64,000 nucleotides of DNA, taken from contig CAVTRY010000013.1 of NCBI GenBank assembly GCA_963737265.1, forward strand, positions 1 to 64,000, given 5' to 3'. The DNA comes from an uncultured delta proteobacterium. GTDB taxonomy: Bacteria > Myxococcota_A > Polyangia > Fen-1088. Both the position numbers and the translations under genes were made by a program. The notes beneath the pieces were generated by a model. The model made no database searches and was not told where the DNA came from. It was given only the letters and a program-made list of their open reading frames with translations. Below are positions 20,039-30,863 of the stretch, piece after piece (the stretch's first letter is position 1; every line of letters starts with the position of its first letter).

Positions 20039-21007
20039 ATGAAGGCAATTCAAGTCCCGAAAACGGGGGGAGTGGAAGTCCTGACCTTAGTGGACATTCC
20101 GGTTCCGGACCCAAAGCCCAACCAGGTGGTCGTGAAGATCGCCGCGGCGGGAGTCAATTACATCGACGTCTACTTCCGCCAGGGCAGCTACCCGGTTACT
20201 CCGCCGTTCATTCTGGGGCAGGAGGCCAGCGGGTTAGTCAGCGCGGTGGGGAGCGACGTAAAGGATTTCAAGGTTGGGGAGCGCGTTGCCTACACGGGGA
20301 TTACGGGGGCGTATGCGGAGTACGAGGCGGTGCCGGCCGACCGGCTGGTACGCGTGCCGGCGGGCATCACGGACCATCAGGCCGCTGCGGCGATGCTGCA
20401 GGGGATGACGGCGCAGTATCTGACGCATAGCACGTACCCATTGAAAAAGGGCGACATCGCGCTGATCCATGCGGCGGCGGGCGGGGTGGGACTGCTGCTT
20501 GTGCAGATGGCGAAGAATCTTGGGGCTCGGGTGATCGGCACGGTGAGCAGCGAGGAAAAGGCCAAACTTGCGCGCGAAGCAGGCGCGGATGAGGTGATTT
20601 TCTACACCACGCAGGATTTTGAGGCTGAAACCAAAAGACTTACCGACGGGAAGGGAGTCCACGTCATTTACGACGGGGTGGGGAAGACTACCTTCGATCA
20701 GGATCTCAATGTCCTCCGGCCGCGCGGGTACCTCGTGCTCTTTGGCGCATCCAGTGGTCCTGTGCCTACATTTGAATTGAACAGGCTGGCGCAGAAGGGG
20801 TCTTTGTTTGTTACGCGCCCCACGCTGGTTCATCACATTGCGAGCCATGAGGAGTTGCAACAGCGGGCTGCGGATGTTTTTGGGATGATCGCGTCGGGTA
20901 AATTGAGACTGCGCATCGAGCATCTTTACCCCCTGAAAGAGGCGCAACAGGCTCATCGGGACCTGGAAGGCAGAAAGACAACCGGGAAATTGCTATTAAT
21001 TCCTTAA
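20039..21007 (+). CDS. qor: NADPH:quinone oxidoreductase (MDR family)
   Basis: GVNYIDVYFRQG, HAAAGGVG, YDGVGK, KGSLFVTRP and TTGK motifs. Confidence 0.9.
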   Translation: MKAIQVPKTGGVEVLTLVDIPVPDPKPNQVVVKIAAAGVNYIDVYFRQGSYPVTPPFILGQEASGLVSAVGSDVKDFKVGERVAYTGITGAYAEYEAVPADRLVRVPAGITDHQAAAAMLQGMTAQYLTHSTYPLKKGDIALIHAAAGGVGLLLVQMAKNLGARVIGTVSSEEKAKLAREAGADEVIFYTTQDFEAETKRLTDGKGVHVIYDGVGKTTFDQDLNVLRPRGYLVLFGASSGPVPTFELNRLAQKGSLFVTRPTLVHHIASHEELQQRAADVFGMIASGKLRLRIEHLYPLKEAQQAHRDLEGRKTTGKLLLIP

Positions 21008-21175
21008 AGGAGGGGTCGAGAATGGGTGTTGGAGAGAGGAACTGCACGGCCTGCCCTACGGCGAAGGCATTAATCGTGCATGCAAAGGTTGCATCTTTAA
21101 GTCAGGTGCGTTAACATATTTGTTAATCCGGGATGTTCTTGGCCTGACCTTTGATTGCAAGTCTCAAGGAGCCTC

Positions 21176-21460
21176 ATGGCCCGCGTAAAAGTAATGACAA
21201 AACCTGCACCCACAAATCTGGCATCGCTGATCCGAGGCCTGTATGGCCGCGTCGCTCGGCAACTGAAGGTGGATCCCTCCTACGTGAGCCGTGTAGCACG
21301 TGGAGAACGCCAATCCGACGCGATCGAAGAGTCTTTGGAGCGAGAATTGAAGCGCATTATGGCAATGGTCAGCACAAACCATAACCATAACCACAACGGC
21401 ACAGGCCGGCACGCCGCAAAGCGCTCTCAAGCAAAGGGCAAGAAGAAAAGGGTAATGTAA
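21176..21460 (+). CDS. Small basic helix-turn-helix protein
   Basis: AAGGAG RBS; LYGRVARQLKVDPSYVSRVARGER is HTH-like; Lys/Arg-rich tail. Confidence 0.75.
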   Translation: MARVKVMTKPAPTNLASLIRGLYGRVARQLKVDPSYVSRVARGERQSDAIEESLERELKRIMAMVSTNHNHNHNGTGRHAAKRSQAKGKKKRVM

Positions 21461-21520
21461 GGCAGGCAGCCGCGCGCCAGAAGCATTTGGTCGCGCACTG
21501 AATTAGACCGACTTGACAGT

Positions 21521-22495
21521 CTACTGTTGCTGCTGGGCAGGCTGCTGGACCCGCTCCACGATTACAGGGGACTCGGGAGTTGCCAGCTTGTTTTCGCTGA
21601 GTTGCTCGCGCCCATCGTCATCTATGGCGGGCCGGACGCTCACATCCACGGAAAGTCTCTGCCCCGCATGGCCTTTGTACACCCCGCGAACCGGCGCCAC
21701 ATCGCCGTAGTCACGTCCATACGCAATTCGAACATGCTGTAAACCCAGCGGCTTCCCGAGCGTGGGATCAAGACCTACCCAGCCCGCATCCGGCAGGTAA
21801 ACTTCCGCCCAGGCGTGGGATGCGGATCCTCCGATAACTTCCTGCAATTTGGCGTCCGGGGATGCTGCGCTCATGGGGACCAGGTACCCGGAGACATATC
21901 GCGCGGGCAGTCCTTGTTTACGGACAACTCCAAGTAGCAGGTGCGCGAAATCCTGGCAGACCCCCGCTCCAACAGCGAGTGAGTCCTGGATGGAAGAGTT
22001 GACGTGCGTCGCTCCCTTGACGTATTTGAATTTTTCGTGGATCAAGGCTGAGGCCTCTTTGACGAATCCTGAAATCGTGCCATCGCTGCTGAGGGTGGCT
22101 GCGTTGATCAGCTCATCCAGTTCCGGGACATGTGGGACGTATCCCGTGGGGATGATGAAGTCGAGAAATTCCTCCTCCAACTGCTCGCGGTGGCGCCCGA
22201 GTTCGGAGAGTTTCATCCCGCCCGCCGGGACGGGCGGCGCGTCATGCGCCAGTACGACGGACTCCGCCTCAATTTTCAGATGGTGGTGCTCAGGAAGAAT
22301 GTTGAATTGATGGACCCAATTTCCGAATGAATCTCGGAAGGAAGTGCCGCGCGAGACGGGATCGGTAAGAAGGCGGAACGAAAGGCAGCTCTGCGTCTCA
22401 TCGTGGATCGGCCGCAGACGGACTTCGTTGTAGCTTTCCGAAACCGGGCCGTCGTAGCGAAATTCCGTGGCGTGGACAAGATGATATCGGTTCAT
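21521..22495 (-). CDS. Transglutaminase-like protein with bacterial N-terminal domain
   Basis: Catalytic triad motifs GVCQDFAH, ARYVSGY, SHAWAE, DPT and GRDYGDV. Confidence 0.93.
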   Translation of the reverse strand: MNRYHLVHATEFRYDGPVSESYNEVRLRPIHDETQSCLSFRLLTDPVSRGTSFRDSFGNWVHQFNILPEHHHLKIEAESVVLAHDAPPVPAGGMKLSELGRHREQLEEEFLDFIIPTGYVPHVPELDELINAATLSSDGTISGFVKEASALIHEKFKYVKGATHVNSSIQDSLAVGAGVCQDFAHLLLGVVRKQGLPARYVSGYLVPMSAASPDAKLQEVIGGSASHAWAEVYLPDAGWVGLDPTLGKPLGLQHVRIAYGRDYGDVAPVRGVYKGHAGQRLSVDVSVRPAIDDDGREQLSENKLATPESPVIVERVQQPAQQQQ

Positions 22496-23451
22496 GCGAC
22501 CACCGCGTAGTAGAAGTAGTTTCGGGCAATGTCCTCGCCAATTGCTCCGCACATCTGCAGCATGTCGTTCAGATAGGAATGCAGGCCCAGTTGGAAAATC
22601 TCCGTGATGCGGTCGTAGCGTAATCGTTCCAGGACTTTCCCCGTCAGGCGTTCGGCTTCATTCGCGTAGGAGCCCGCTCCCGTGCCGCTGATGGCGCGCA
22701 GGCCGGCCTGCACTTCGGTCATGCTGAAGCGGATGGAGCGCGGGTGAAGCGGGTGCATGATCAGCATTTCCGCTACTTTTTCCGGCTCGATCGAAGAGTG
22801 ATACTTGCGATGGTAGGCCTCGTAGGCTCCAACGGATTTCAGAACGGCCATCCACTGGTGATTGTCGCCGCCGCCGATTTCCGCGGGAGCGTCATACAGG
22901 ATGTGGTACTGGACGTCGACTAGGCGCGCCGTCATTTCGGCGCGCTCAATGAACCAGCCGATGCGCAGGAATTCCCAGCCTTCGTCGTGAGGCAGCGTGG
23001 CGTCGGTCACGCCGTGAAAGCGATGGCTGCCGAAGCGGATGGCGTCGCAAAAGCGGTGCGGCCCCGAAGCCATTTCCTCATCGGGATTAAAGCGGTTGAC
23101 CGTGAAGTAGAAGCTGTTGATGTCTTCCCACATTTCCCGTGAAATATAATCGCGAATGGTGCGCGCGTTTTCCCGCGCCTTGGTGATGCACTGCACAATG
23201 GAGCTGGGATTATCCTGGCGGAATGCGAGAAATTCGAAGACGGCGCGCGCGTCGGCTTCGCCGTACAATGCGCGGAAGCGCTCTTCTTCCCCGGCCATGA
23301 CGATCAGGGGATCCCAGTGCAAACGGTATTTGTCCTTGGATTGCTCGAGGACCGTGTGGAAATTCACGTCGAGAATGCGCGCGGTGTACTCCGCCCGCTC
23401 GATGTAACGAGCCAGCCAGAACAACGACTCGGCGATTCGCGAGAGCATCAT
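22492..23451 (-). CDS. Alpha-E domain protein (DUF403)
   Basis: [26 protein letters not shown], second ERAE motif and PRSI. Confidence 0.93.
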   Translation of the reverse strand: MMLSRIAESLFWLARYIERAEYTARILDVNFHTVLEQSKDKYRLHWDPLIVMAGEEERFRALYGEADARAVFEFLAFRQDNPSSIVQCITKARENARTIRDYISREMWEDINSFYFTVNRFNPDEEMASGPHRFCDAIRFGSHRFHGVTDATLPHDEGWEFLRIGWFIERAEMTARLVDVQYHILYDAPAEIGGGDNHQWMAVLKSVGAYEAYHRKYHSSIEPEKVAEMLIMHPLHPRSIRFSMTEVQAGLRAISGTGAGSYANEAERLTGKVLERLRYDRITEIFQLGLHSYLNDMLQMCGAIGEDIARNYFYYAVVA

Positions 23452-24932
23452 TCTTCTCCGAAGAGGACCCAGGTGTCCTTGCTTCCGCCGCCTTGAGATG
23501 AATTTACAACCAAAGAGCCTTGCTGCAGCGCCACGCGCGTCAATCCTCCCGGCACGATGGTGACTTTCTCCCCATCGTAGAGGCAGTAGGGGCGCAGATC
23601 CACGTGGCGGCCGGCAATCATGCCGTGCGCCGGATCGTAGGAGGGCACGCGAGAAAGCGCGAGAACGTGTTGGGCAATGTAATTTCGCGGATCGGCCTTG
23701 ATTCGCTGTTCGAAATCATCAATACGGTCGCGGTCCGCTGTCGGGCCCATGAGCATCCCGTAGCCGCCGGATTCGCCCACCGCCTTTACGACCAGTTCCG
23801 GCAGGTGATCCAAAACATACGCGAGGTCTTCTTTTTTCGAACAAAGGTAGGTGTCCACGCTCCTCAGAATCGGATCCTCTCCGAGGTAATACCGGATGAA
23901 GGTGGGCACGTAGGCGTAGATGGCCTTATCATCGGCTACGCCATTGCCAACGGCGTTGGCCAGGGCCACATTTCCGGCGCGATAGGCTCCCATCAAGCCG
24001 GGGACGCCCAGGACGGAATCCGGGCGGAAGGTGAGCGAGTCCAGGAACTCGTCATCCACGCGCCGGTAAATCACGTCAACGCGCTTCAGGCCGTGAATGG
24101 TTTTCATGTAAACGATGCCGCCATCCACGATCAGGTCGCGGCCTTCGACGAGTTCGATGCCCATCTGCTGAGCCAGGAAGCTGTGTTCGAAGTAGGCGCT
24201 GTTGTAAATGCCGGGCGTCAACAGCGCGATTTGCGCGTCGTCTCCGCCGCGGGGGGACAAGCTGCGCAGGATGCGGGCCAGCTCGGCAGGGTAATGGTTG
24301 ACGGGAAGAACTTCGTACTCCTGAAACGCGTCCGGGAAAGTGCGCATCATGACCAGGCGATTTTCGAGCACGTAGGAAATTCCGCTGGGCGTGCGCACGT
24401 TATCTTCGAGGACGCAGTACTCGCCGGTCTTGGAATCGCGCACCAGATCGATTCCGCAGATGTGGGTGTGAATTCCTCGAGGCACTTCGATGCCGATCAC
24501 TTCCCGGAGGAAATGCCTGCAGGAATAGACGAGCGAACGGGGAATCTGGCGGTCCGCGAAAATGCGCTGCTTGCCGTACACATCCTGCAAAAATAAATTC
24601 AGCGCGACGACGCGCTGCGCCAGGCCGCGATCGATGCGCTGCCATTCGGAATTCGGAATGATGCGGGGAATCAGATCGAAGGGAAACAGCCGCTCCGTTC
24701 CGCGTCCGTCGCTGTACACCGTGAAGGTAATTCCCTGGAGAAGAAAGGAAAGGTCGGCGTGCTGGCGGCGCTCCTCAAACTGCGCCGGAATCATGGAGCC
24801 GAGCTTCTCGAAAATTTTGGCGTAGTGCGGGCGCGGGACGTCGGGCGCCGAAAACATCTCGTCGTAAAACGACCCGAGCTGATAATCCCCGAATAGCCTC
24901 TGTAAAGGCATTTTTGAAGGCACTGAGGCCAT
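23448..24932 (-). CDS. Circularly permuted type 2 ATP-grasp peptide ligase (DUF404/407)
   Basis: [50 protein letters not shown] and [13 protein letters not shown] motifs. Confidence 0.95.
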   Translation of the reverse strand: MASVPSKMPLQRLFGDYQLGSFYDEMFSAPDVPRPHYAKIFEKLGSMIPAQFEERRQHADLSFLLQGITFTVYSDGRGTERLFPFDLIPRIIPNSEWQRIDRGLAQRVVALNLFLQDVYGKQRIFADRQIPRSLVYSCRHFLREVIGIEVPRGIHTHICGIDLVRDSKTGEYCVLEDNVRTPSGISYVLENRLVMMRTFPDAFQEYEVLPVNHYPAELARILRSLSPRGGDDAQIALLTPGIYNSAYFEHSFLAQQMGIELVEGRDLIVDGGIVYMKTIHGLKRVDVIYRRVDDEFLDSLTFRPDSVLGVPGLMGAYRAGNVALANAVGNGVADDKAIYAYVPTFIRYYLGEDPILRSVDTYLCSKKEDLAYVLDHLPELVVKAVGESGGYGMLMGPTADRDRIDDFEQRIKADPRNYIAQHVLALSRVPSYDPAHGMIAGRHVDLRPYCLYDGEKVTIVPGGLTRVALQQGSLVVNSSQGGGSKDTWVLFGEE

Positions 24933-25180
24933 GGAACCACTGTAACAAGAGCGCTCGCGAACCATTGTACGAAAGAATCTATGCGTGCTATCAGAAATCC
25001 GATGAATAGTGTTCCTGGGAATTAGTAGGCGCGCGCTGATTGGGGAGTGCTTCTGACGAGGCCTCGGGGCTTCGTAACTTTCGGAACGGGAGGCGTGAAA
25101 ACCTTGTAAATCTATTATAAAGAATCACTTATGGTGTGGCGTTCGAGCGCCGGATTTGTTATTGTTCCGAAATTATGTCC

Positions 25181-25461
25181 ATGAAAACCCTTACGAATTT
25201 CCTTCTGCTTTTTGTTGCTTTGATTCTTTTGCTTTCGCCCGCCGTTGCCTCCGCGAAAACGCCTGGGTTGGCGCAATCCGCCTCGTGGATCGACTGGTTG
25301 GCGTGGCGATTGCCTTGGCGTTGGGTTTCGTCGGGACTTTCGCCATTCTGGTCGTTGTAGAAAAGCTCTTCGGTCTTCGTGCTTCAACCGAGTAGAAGGC
25401 TCAAGGGCTCGATCTTTCGCAGCACGGAGAAGAAGGATACGACTGGGAGACATCCATGTAG
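25181..25461 (+). pseudogene. amtB: Ammonium transporter (Amt) remnant: signal peptide joined to last TM helix and C-terminal tail
   Basis: The frame from 25261 reads ...LVGVAIALALGFVGTFAILVVVEKLFGLRASTE*KAQGLDLSQHGEEGYDWETSM*, matching the Amt C-terminal GLR..E..GLD...HGE.Y signature. The signal peptide MKTLTNFLLLFVALILLLSPAVASA is in another frame and the core is absent. Confidence 0.85.
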
Positions 25462-25532
25462 CTACTTGCTGGTTTTTCGGCGAGCGCCGTGCCATTCTAG
25501 CGGGCGCGATTCCTGGTGAGATAAAAGCAGGC

Positions 25533-28123
25533 ATGCCCACACAATCCCCACTCAGTATTGAATTGCGAGAGCATTACGAGGCTGAATCCGCGCGGCTTCA
25601 GAACGAATTTTCCACTACAAAAGACGGTTTGAAATATTTGCGTGAAAAATCGGCGCTGGTGGATTCCATCGCCCGACGCCTTTGGGCGCAGTTTGCCGTC
25701 GACCCAGGTCCCGGGCCCTCCCAGATCGTCTTCGCCGCGGTCGGAGATTTCGGCAGGCAAACTTTTTTTCCGTATTCGGAAGTCGACCTGGTGTTCCTGG
25801 CGGCCACGAGCGAAGCGGCGGAAAAATTCAAAGATGCATTCCAGAAAGTCTCGCAAGGAATGAGCGAGATTGGACTGAAATGCAACACGACGACGAGAAT
25901 TGTCCCGGAATTCATCCAGTTTGATTCGGATCATGCGTACGCGATTCTTGCGCTGCTGGACTGCCGGTTTCTGGACGGAGACCAGGAACTGTTCTCGGGC
26001 CTGCGAAACGGCCTGATCCCTGAAATCATGATCCGCGAGTCCCAGGCGCTGGTCGAGCGGCTGGCGGAAGTTACGCGCAACACCCACCGAAAGTTTGCAA
26101 ACACGGTGTTCCACCTCGAGCCGAATGTGAAGGATGGTCCGGGCGGATTTCAGGATTACATTACGGCGCGCTGGATTGCCGCTCTGTCCGCCATGGATAA
26201 ACTTGGCGGCTGGCCGGATCCGGAGGCGTATTTTTCTCCGCGAACCAATCCGCGATGGATTCCGCGCTGGCTTTTTTCGCGTCCGTGCGTTGCTTCCTGC
26301 ACTTCCGCAATAAGAGGGACCAGAATCTGCTCACGTGGGACGCGCAGGACGATGCCGCGGCCCAGAAAGTCGGAACACAAAATGCGCGATCCGCGAACGC
26401 CACCGATTGGATGCGCATTTACTTCGGCCACGCGCGCGCCGTCGAACATATTTCCGGGCATCTGCTCGAGGAAATGCCCGCGGCTCAGTCTCTCTTTTAC
26501 AGGCAGCTGGAAACCTGGCGGACGGGCTTTTCCGACGAGGATTTTTCCGTCGTGGACGGCTTGATTTTTTTTCAGAAGCCGGAAAATTTGTCCGATCCGG
26601 GCGTTACCTTTCGCACCTTCCGGCTGATTGCGCAGCGCGGGTTCAAACTCAGCCCGACAGCCGAGCATCAATTGGAAATGGCGAGGCCGCTGTTGGCCGG
26701 CCGCCTTCCAGCTGGCGGTGTTATTTGGCGTTTTCTGGAAGAAGTCTTGCCGGAATTGCATGCGGCGGACGCGCTGCGCGCGATGCACTCCCTCCACCTG
26801 TTGACTCTGTTCCTGCCGGAATTGAAGGGAATTGACGCGCTGGCCGTGCGCGAAGTCTCGCATCGTTTCACGGTGGATGAGCACACGCTGCAGGCGATTG
26901 AAAATTTGCACGGCTTGCGGCAATCCAAATCCAAATGGGATGAACGCTACGCCGGGATCCTCGGCGAGTTGGACCAGCCCGAGTTGCTCTATCTCGCGAT
27001 CCTGCTGCATGACACGGGCAAGGCCGTCACGCGCCTGGATCACATTCCGGCCAGCCTGGAGATTGCCGGAAAGTGCCTGGAGCGGCTGGAACTTCCCGCC
27101 GCCGACCGGGAAACCGTGCTCTTTCTCATTCAGCATCATCAGGATTTGGGGGCGGGGCTTCGCCGGGACATTTTTGACCCGCGAACCGTGGCGCAATTTG
27201 CGGAAAGCATTGGCAGTCCGGAACTCCTGAAAATGCTTTGCCTCTTCACCTACGCGGACATCAAAGCCGTCAATCCGGAAGCGCTGACGCCATGGAAAGC
27301 GGAAGATCTCTGGCAGCTCTATATCGGCACGGCGAATTATTTCAACCGCAGCGTGGATGAACGCGTCCATGGCGACGCGAACGACGAAGTCCTGAATCAC
27401 TTGCGCTCGCTGGCCGCCGCGGCGGGGGAGAAACTGAAAACATTTCTGGAAGGCTTGCCGAGGCGATATCTGCGCACGCATCCCGTGGACGAAATTCTGC
27501 GGCATTTCGAGATGGCGGGCCGCTTCGGGCAGGACCCCGTTCAGCTGGCGCTGAAGCGTACGCGCCACTGGTACGAACTGACCGTCGTGACCAAGGACCG
27601 GCCCCGCCTCTTTTCGACCGTTGCCGGAGCGCTGGCCGCCTGCGGTATGAACATCGGGAAAGCGGGCGCTTTCTCGAATGCCGGCGGCACGGTAGTGGAT
27701 ACGTTTTCCTTCACGGACCGGTACCGGACGCTGGAGATGAATCTTCCGGCCTGGGAACGCTTCAAGACCACGGTGCACGACGTGCTTTCCGGAAAGCGCG
27801 ACCTCAAGCGCATGCTTCGCGAGCGCCTCGAAGTGGAAAACGATAAGCCCGAGAAAGTAGCCGGGACACCCCAGATTCAATTTGATAATGAATGTTCCGC
27901 GCACAGCACGCTGATTGAAATCATCACGCAGGACCAGCCGGGGCTTTTGTACCGGATCAGCTCGGTTTTTGCCCGGCAGGAATGCAACATCGACATCGCG
28001 CTGATTGACACGGAAGGCCAGACGGCGATCGATGTCTTCTACCTCACTTCGGCCGGCGGAAAACTCACTTCCGAACATCAGGACCGGCTCCGCCAATCCC
28101 TCGTGAGTGAACTCTCCGGATAG
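25533..28123 (+). CDS. glnD: GlnD-like uridylyltransferase/uridylyl-removing enzyme (NT, HD, 2 ACT domains), one apparent frameshift near 26245
   Basis: LEPNVKDGPGG, HRFTVDEHT, LLHDTGK, TYADIKAV, LTPWK, DRPRLF, DQPGLLY and DVFY motifs; split across ORFs 25245..26564 and 26255..28123. Confidence 0.9.
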
Positions 28124-28174
28124 AAAGGGACTGACCTCAACCACGAAAATGGCCGATCTTTCCCGAAATTCACG

Positions 28175-28252
28175 GGACGGATCGTCCGCTACAAAACCGC
28201 CGCGCAATCGTGGCTGAGGTTTTTGTGGAGGCCGCCCTTCTTTTGGGCGGGC
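28175..28252. repeat. Degenerate GTAG/GTGG REP-like hairpins
   Basis: Minus-strand GTAGCGGACGATCCGTCC and plus-strand GTGGAGGCCGCCCTTCTTTTGGGCGGGC. Confidence 0.4.
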
Positions 28253-28313
28253 AGCCGTTGTTCTTTGTTATCCTCATACACACAATTTCATGAAAATGGT
28301 GTATACTTTAACC

Positions 28314-28514
28314 ATGGGAAGGACAAATATTGTGCTGGATGACGAATTGGTTCGGAAGGCGCGCAAACTTACGCGGCTTAAAACGAAGCGAGAGATCGTT
28401 GACAGGGCGCTGGAATTGCTGGTGCGGTCGGAAAGCCGCAAGGGCATTCTCCGTTACTATGGAAGCGGGATTTGGAAGGGCGAGCTCAAGCGCATGCGCC
28501 GGAATCGCGCGTGA
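28314..28514 (+). CDS. vapB: VapB-family antitoxin
   Basis: RTNIVLDDELV...TKREIVDRAL; stop overlaps the vapC start (GTGA); imperfect palindrome centred on TTTCATGAAA (28276-28304) upstream. Confidence 0.88.
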   Translation: MGRTNIVLDDELVRKARKLTRLKTKREIVDRALELLVRSESRKGILRYYGSGIWKGELKRMRRNRA

Positions 28515-28915
28515 TCCTGATTGATACTTCCGTATGGATTGATTTTTTCAGTCCCTCTCCCGGCCGCGCCGGCGGTGAATTGCGGCGAATGATCGAGGAA
28601 GCAGAGCCTTTCGCGATTGCAGGCGTCATCATAACCGAAATTCTTCGAGGGATTAGGCGTGATGTCCACCGCATGGAAGGCTTCCTTTCGCAGTGGGAGA
28701 TGCTTGAGCCGCTTGGCTTCTCAACTTACCGCGAGGCGTCCGCGATTTCGCGGCTGGGCCGGTCGAAGGGTGTAAGCCTGACGACCATCGATACTTTAAT
28801 CGCTGCAATCGCTATTGAACACCGCGCGAGTCTATTCACTTTGGATAAAGATTTCTCCCGCATTGCGCACATTTCACCCCTTCATTTGTTTACTTTGCCT
28901 CAACTCCCAACCTAG
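28511..28915 (+). CDS. vapC: VapC PIN-domain toxin
   Basis: ILIDTSVWIDF, E, IDTLIAAIA and TLDKDF acidic PIN residues. Confidence 0.92.
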   Translation: MILIDTSVWIDFFSPSPGRAGGELRRMIEEAEPFAIAGVIITEILRGIRRDVHRMEGFLSQWEMLEPLGFSTYREASAISRLGRSKGVSLTTIDTLIAAIAIEHRASLFTLDKDFSRIAHISPLHLFTLPQLPT

Positions 28916-29053
28916 TCAGAAGCGAGAAAAACGGAAGAAATGCCTGAGGGCTAGTTTTTTCAAAGACACCCCTCATCCGTTGCAACTATTTCGGCGTATA
29001 GTACTCATATAGAGAGACCGTTGCGAGGCGCTGCTGGCGCCCGGAGGTTTGAA

Positions 29054-30021
29054 ATGCTGGTGAAACGATGCCCTGACTTGAAGTATTCGGACGTAACTCC
29101 CCGCGATATTTATTTGAATCGCCGCAAATTCCTCTATGGAATGGGGTTAGCGGGCGGCTTGGCGCTGGCGGGGAAGAGCCTGGCGGATCTGGTCAGCCCC
29201 TCGGTCCGCGCTTATGCGTCCACAAAACTTTCGGGTCTGGCCTCCAGTCCATTCAGTACGACGGAGAAAGTGACCCCCGAGCAGGTTGTGACGACGTACA
29301 ACAACTACTACGAATTTGGCACGGACAAAGGCGATCCCTCGAAAAACGCGCAGAAATTCGTGACCTCTCCATGGACAGTTTCCGTGGAAGGGGAATGCGC
29401 CAAGCCGCGCCAGTACTCGATGGACGAGATCATGAAGCTCGCGCCGCTGGAGGAGCGCATCTACCGGCATCGCTGTGTGGAGGCCTGGTCCATCGTAGTG
29501 CCGTGGATTGGCTTTTCATTGAGCACGATCTCGAAACTCGCTGAGCCCACGCCGAACGCGCATTTTGTAGCGTTTGAGAGTTATTTTGATCGGAAGCAGA
29601 TGCCGCTGTGGGGCCGCGCCGGAATTGAACTCCCATATGTGGAAGGGCTCAGAATGGATGAGGCGATGCACCCGCTGGCTTTGCTTACCGTGGGCATGTA
29701 CGGCGAGACGCTGCCCAATCAGGACGGCGCGCCTGTCCGCATGGTGATTCCGTGGAAATACGGATTCAAGAGCATCAAGTCAATTGTCAAAATCAAATTC
29801 GTCAAGAATCAGCCGCCTACGACCTGGAATATCACGAACGCGCATGAATACGGCTTCTACTCCAATGTAAATCCGAACTGTGGACCATCCCCGGTGGAGC
29901 CAGGCCAAGGAAGTTCGACTGCCCGGATTCTTTAAGAACAGGCCTACTCTGATGTTCAACGGCTACGGCGACCAGGTGGCGAGTCTTTACTACGGGCATG
30001 GACCTGAAGAAAAATTACTAA
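29054..30021 (+). CDS. msrP: Protein-methionine-sulfoxide reductase catalytic subunit (Tat substrate), apparent frameshifts near the 3' end
   Basis: NRRKFL Tat motif, [17 protein letters not shown] and [10 protein letters not shown]; [16 protein letters not shown] and GMDLKKNY continue in other frames. Confidence 0.93.
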
Positions 30022-30034
30022 GCGGACGGCAATT

Positions 30035-30688
30035 ATGAATTCCATTCTGAGCAGCAAATGGACAAAGGTGGTTGTGTTCCTGATTTGTCTGGTCCCGCTG
30101 GGTGTGCTCATTTGGGAGGCGTTTACCGGCGGACTCGGCTCGAATCCCACCCAATTTCTCGAGCATGCCACGGGCGATTGGACATTGCGTTTCGTTGCCA
30201 TCACGCTTTCCATCACGCCGCTGCGTAAGATTCTTCGCCAGCCCCAATTGATTCGATTTCGGCGCATGTTGGGGCTCTTCGCGTTTTTTTACGGGTGCTG
30301 CCACTTCAGCGTTTACCTGACGTTTGACCAGATCTTCGATCTTCGCGGGATCTGGGCCGACGTAGCGAAGAGGCGGTACATCACGGTGGGATTCACGGGC
30401 TTTGTGCTGATGATCCCGCTGGCAGTCACTTCCACGGCCGGAATGATCCGCCGGATGGGAGGGAAAAACTGGGCGATGCTGCACAGGCTGATTTATTTGA
30501 CTGCCATCGCGGGCGTGATCCACTTCTACTGGCTGGTGAAGTCCGATGTCCATTTGCCTCTTGAATATGCCTCGGTGATGGCTGTTCTCCTGGGCTGGCG
30601 TATTTATGATCACTACTCCAAGCCTCCACGGCGCGTGCCAGCCGCGGTTCCTGCTCGCAAGGAGCAGACCTCGGTGGCGCCGGAGTAG
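30035..30688 (+). CDS. msrQ: Sulfoxide reductase haem-binding membrane subunit
   Basis: [26 protein letters not shown] and IHFYW motifs; follows msrP. Confidence 0.93.
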   Translation: MNSILSSKWTKVVVFLICLVPLGVLIWEAFTGGLGSNPTQFLEHATGDWTLRFVAITLSITPLRKILRQPQLIRFRRMLGLFAFFYGCCHFSVYLTFDQIFDLRGIWADVAKRRYITVGFTGFVLMIPLAVTSTAGMIRRMGGKNWAMLHRLIYLTAIAGVIHFYWLVKSDVHLPLEYASVMAVLLGWRIYDHYSKPPRRVPAAVPARKEQTSVAPE

Positions 30689-30697
30689 GAGGTTCTA

Positions 30698-30770
30698 GTG
30701 GTGCATGCTTTAGCTTGTGAGGGTTTCTTCCAGTCAATCACCAAACCACACAAGCTAAAGCGTGTGCTAC
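30698..30770. repeat. REP-like inverted pair, family C
   Basis: GTGGTGCATGCTTTAGCTTGTG...CACAAGCTAAAGCGTGTGCTAC. Confidence 0.85.
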
Positions 30771-30863
30771 TTGAAATTTGCGTTTTTCAGCTTCGCCCGG
30801 CTAGAATAGTCGCCCCCGGCAGATGTCCTAGGGAGATATCTAAGAAGGGCTCTGGATTTCCTC

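Noticed and set aside
25100-25175. Sigma54 promoter for amt-glnD
   Set aside because: TGGC is present but the GG to GC spacing does not fit -24/-12.
25393-25395. Amber read-through or pyrrolysine in the amt remnant
   Set aside because: TAG is a normal stop for many genes here and no pyl genes are seen; a GAG-to-TAG change is simpler.
26156-28207. 683-aa minus-strand ORF and other long antisense ORFs
   Set aside because: They overlap well-supported genes and are expected in GC-rich DNA.
28124-28915. vapBC as part of a mobile element
   Set aside because: No integrase, transposase or flanking direct repeats are visible.
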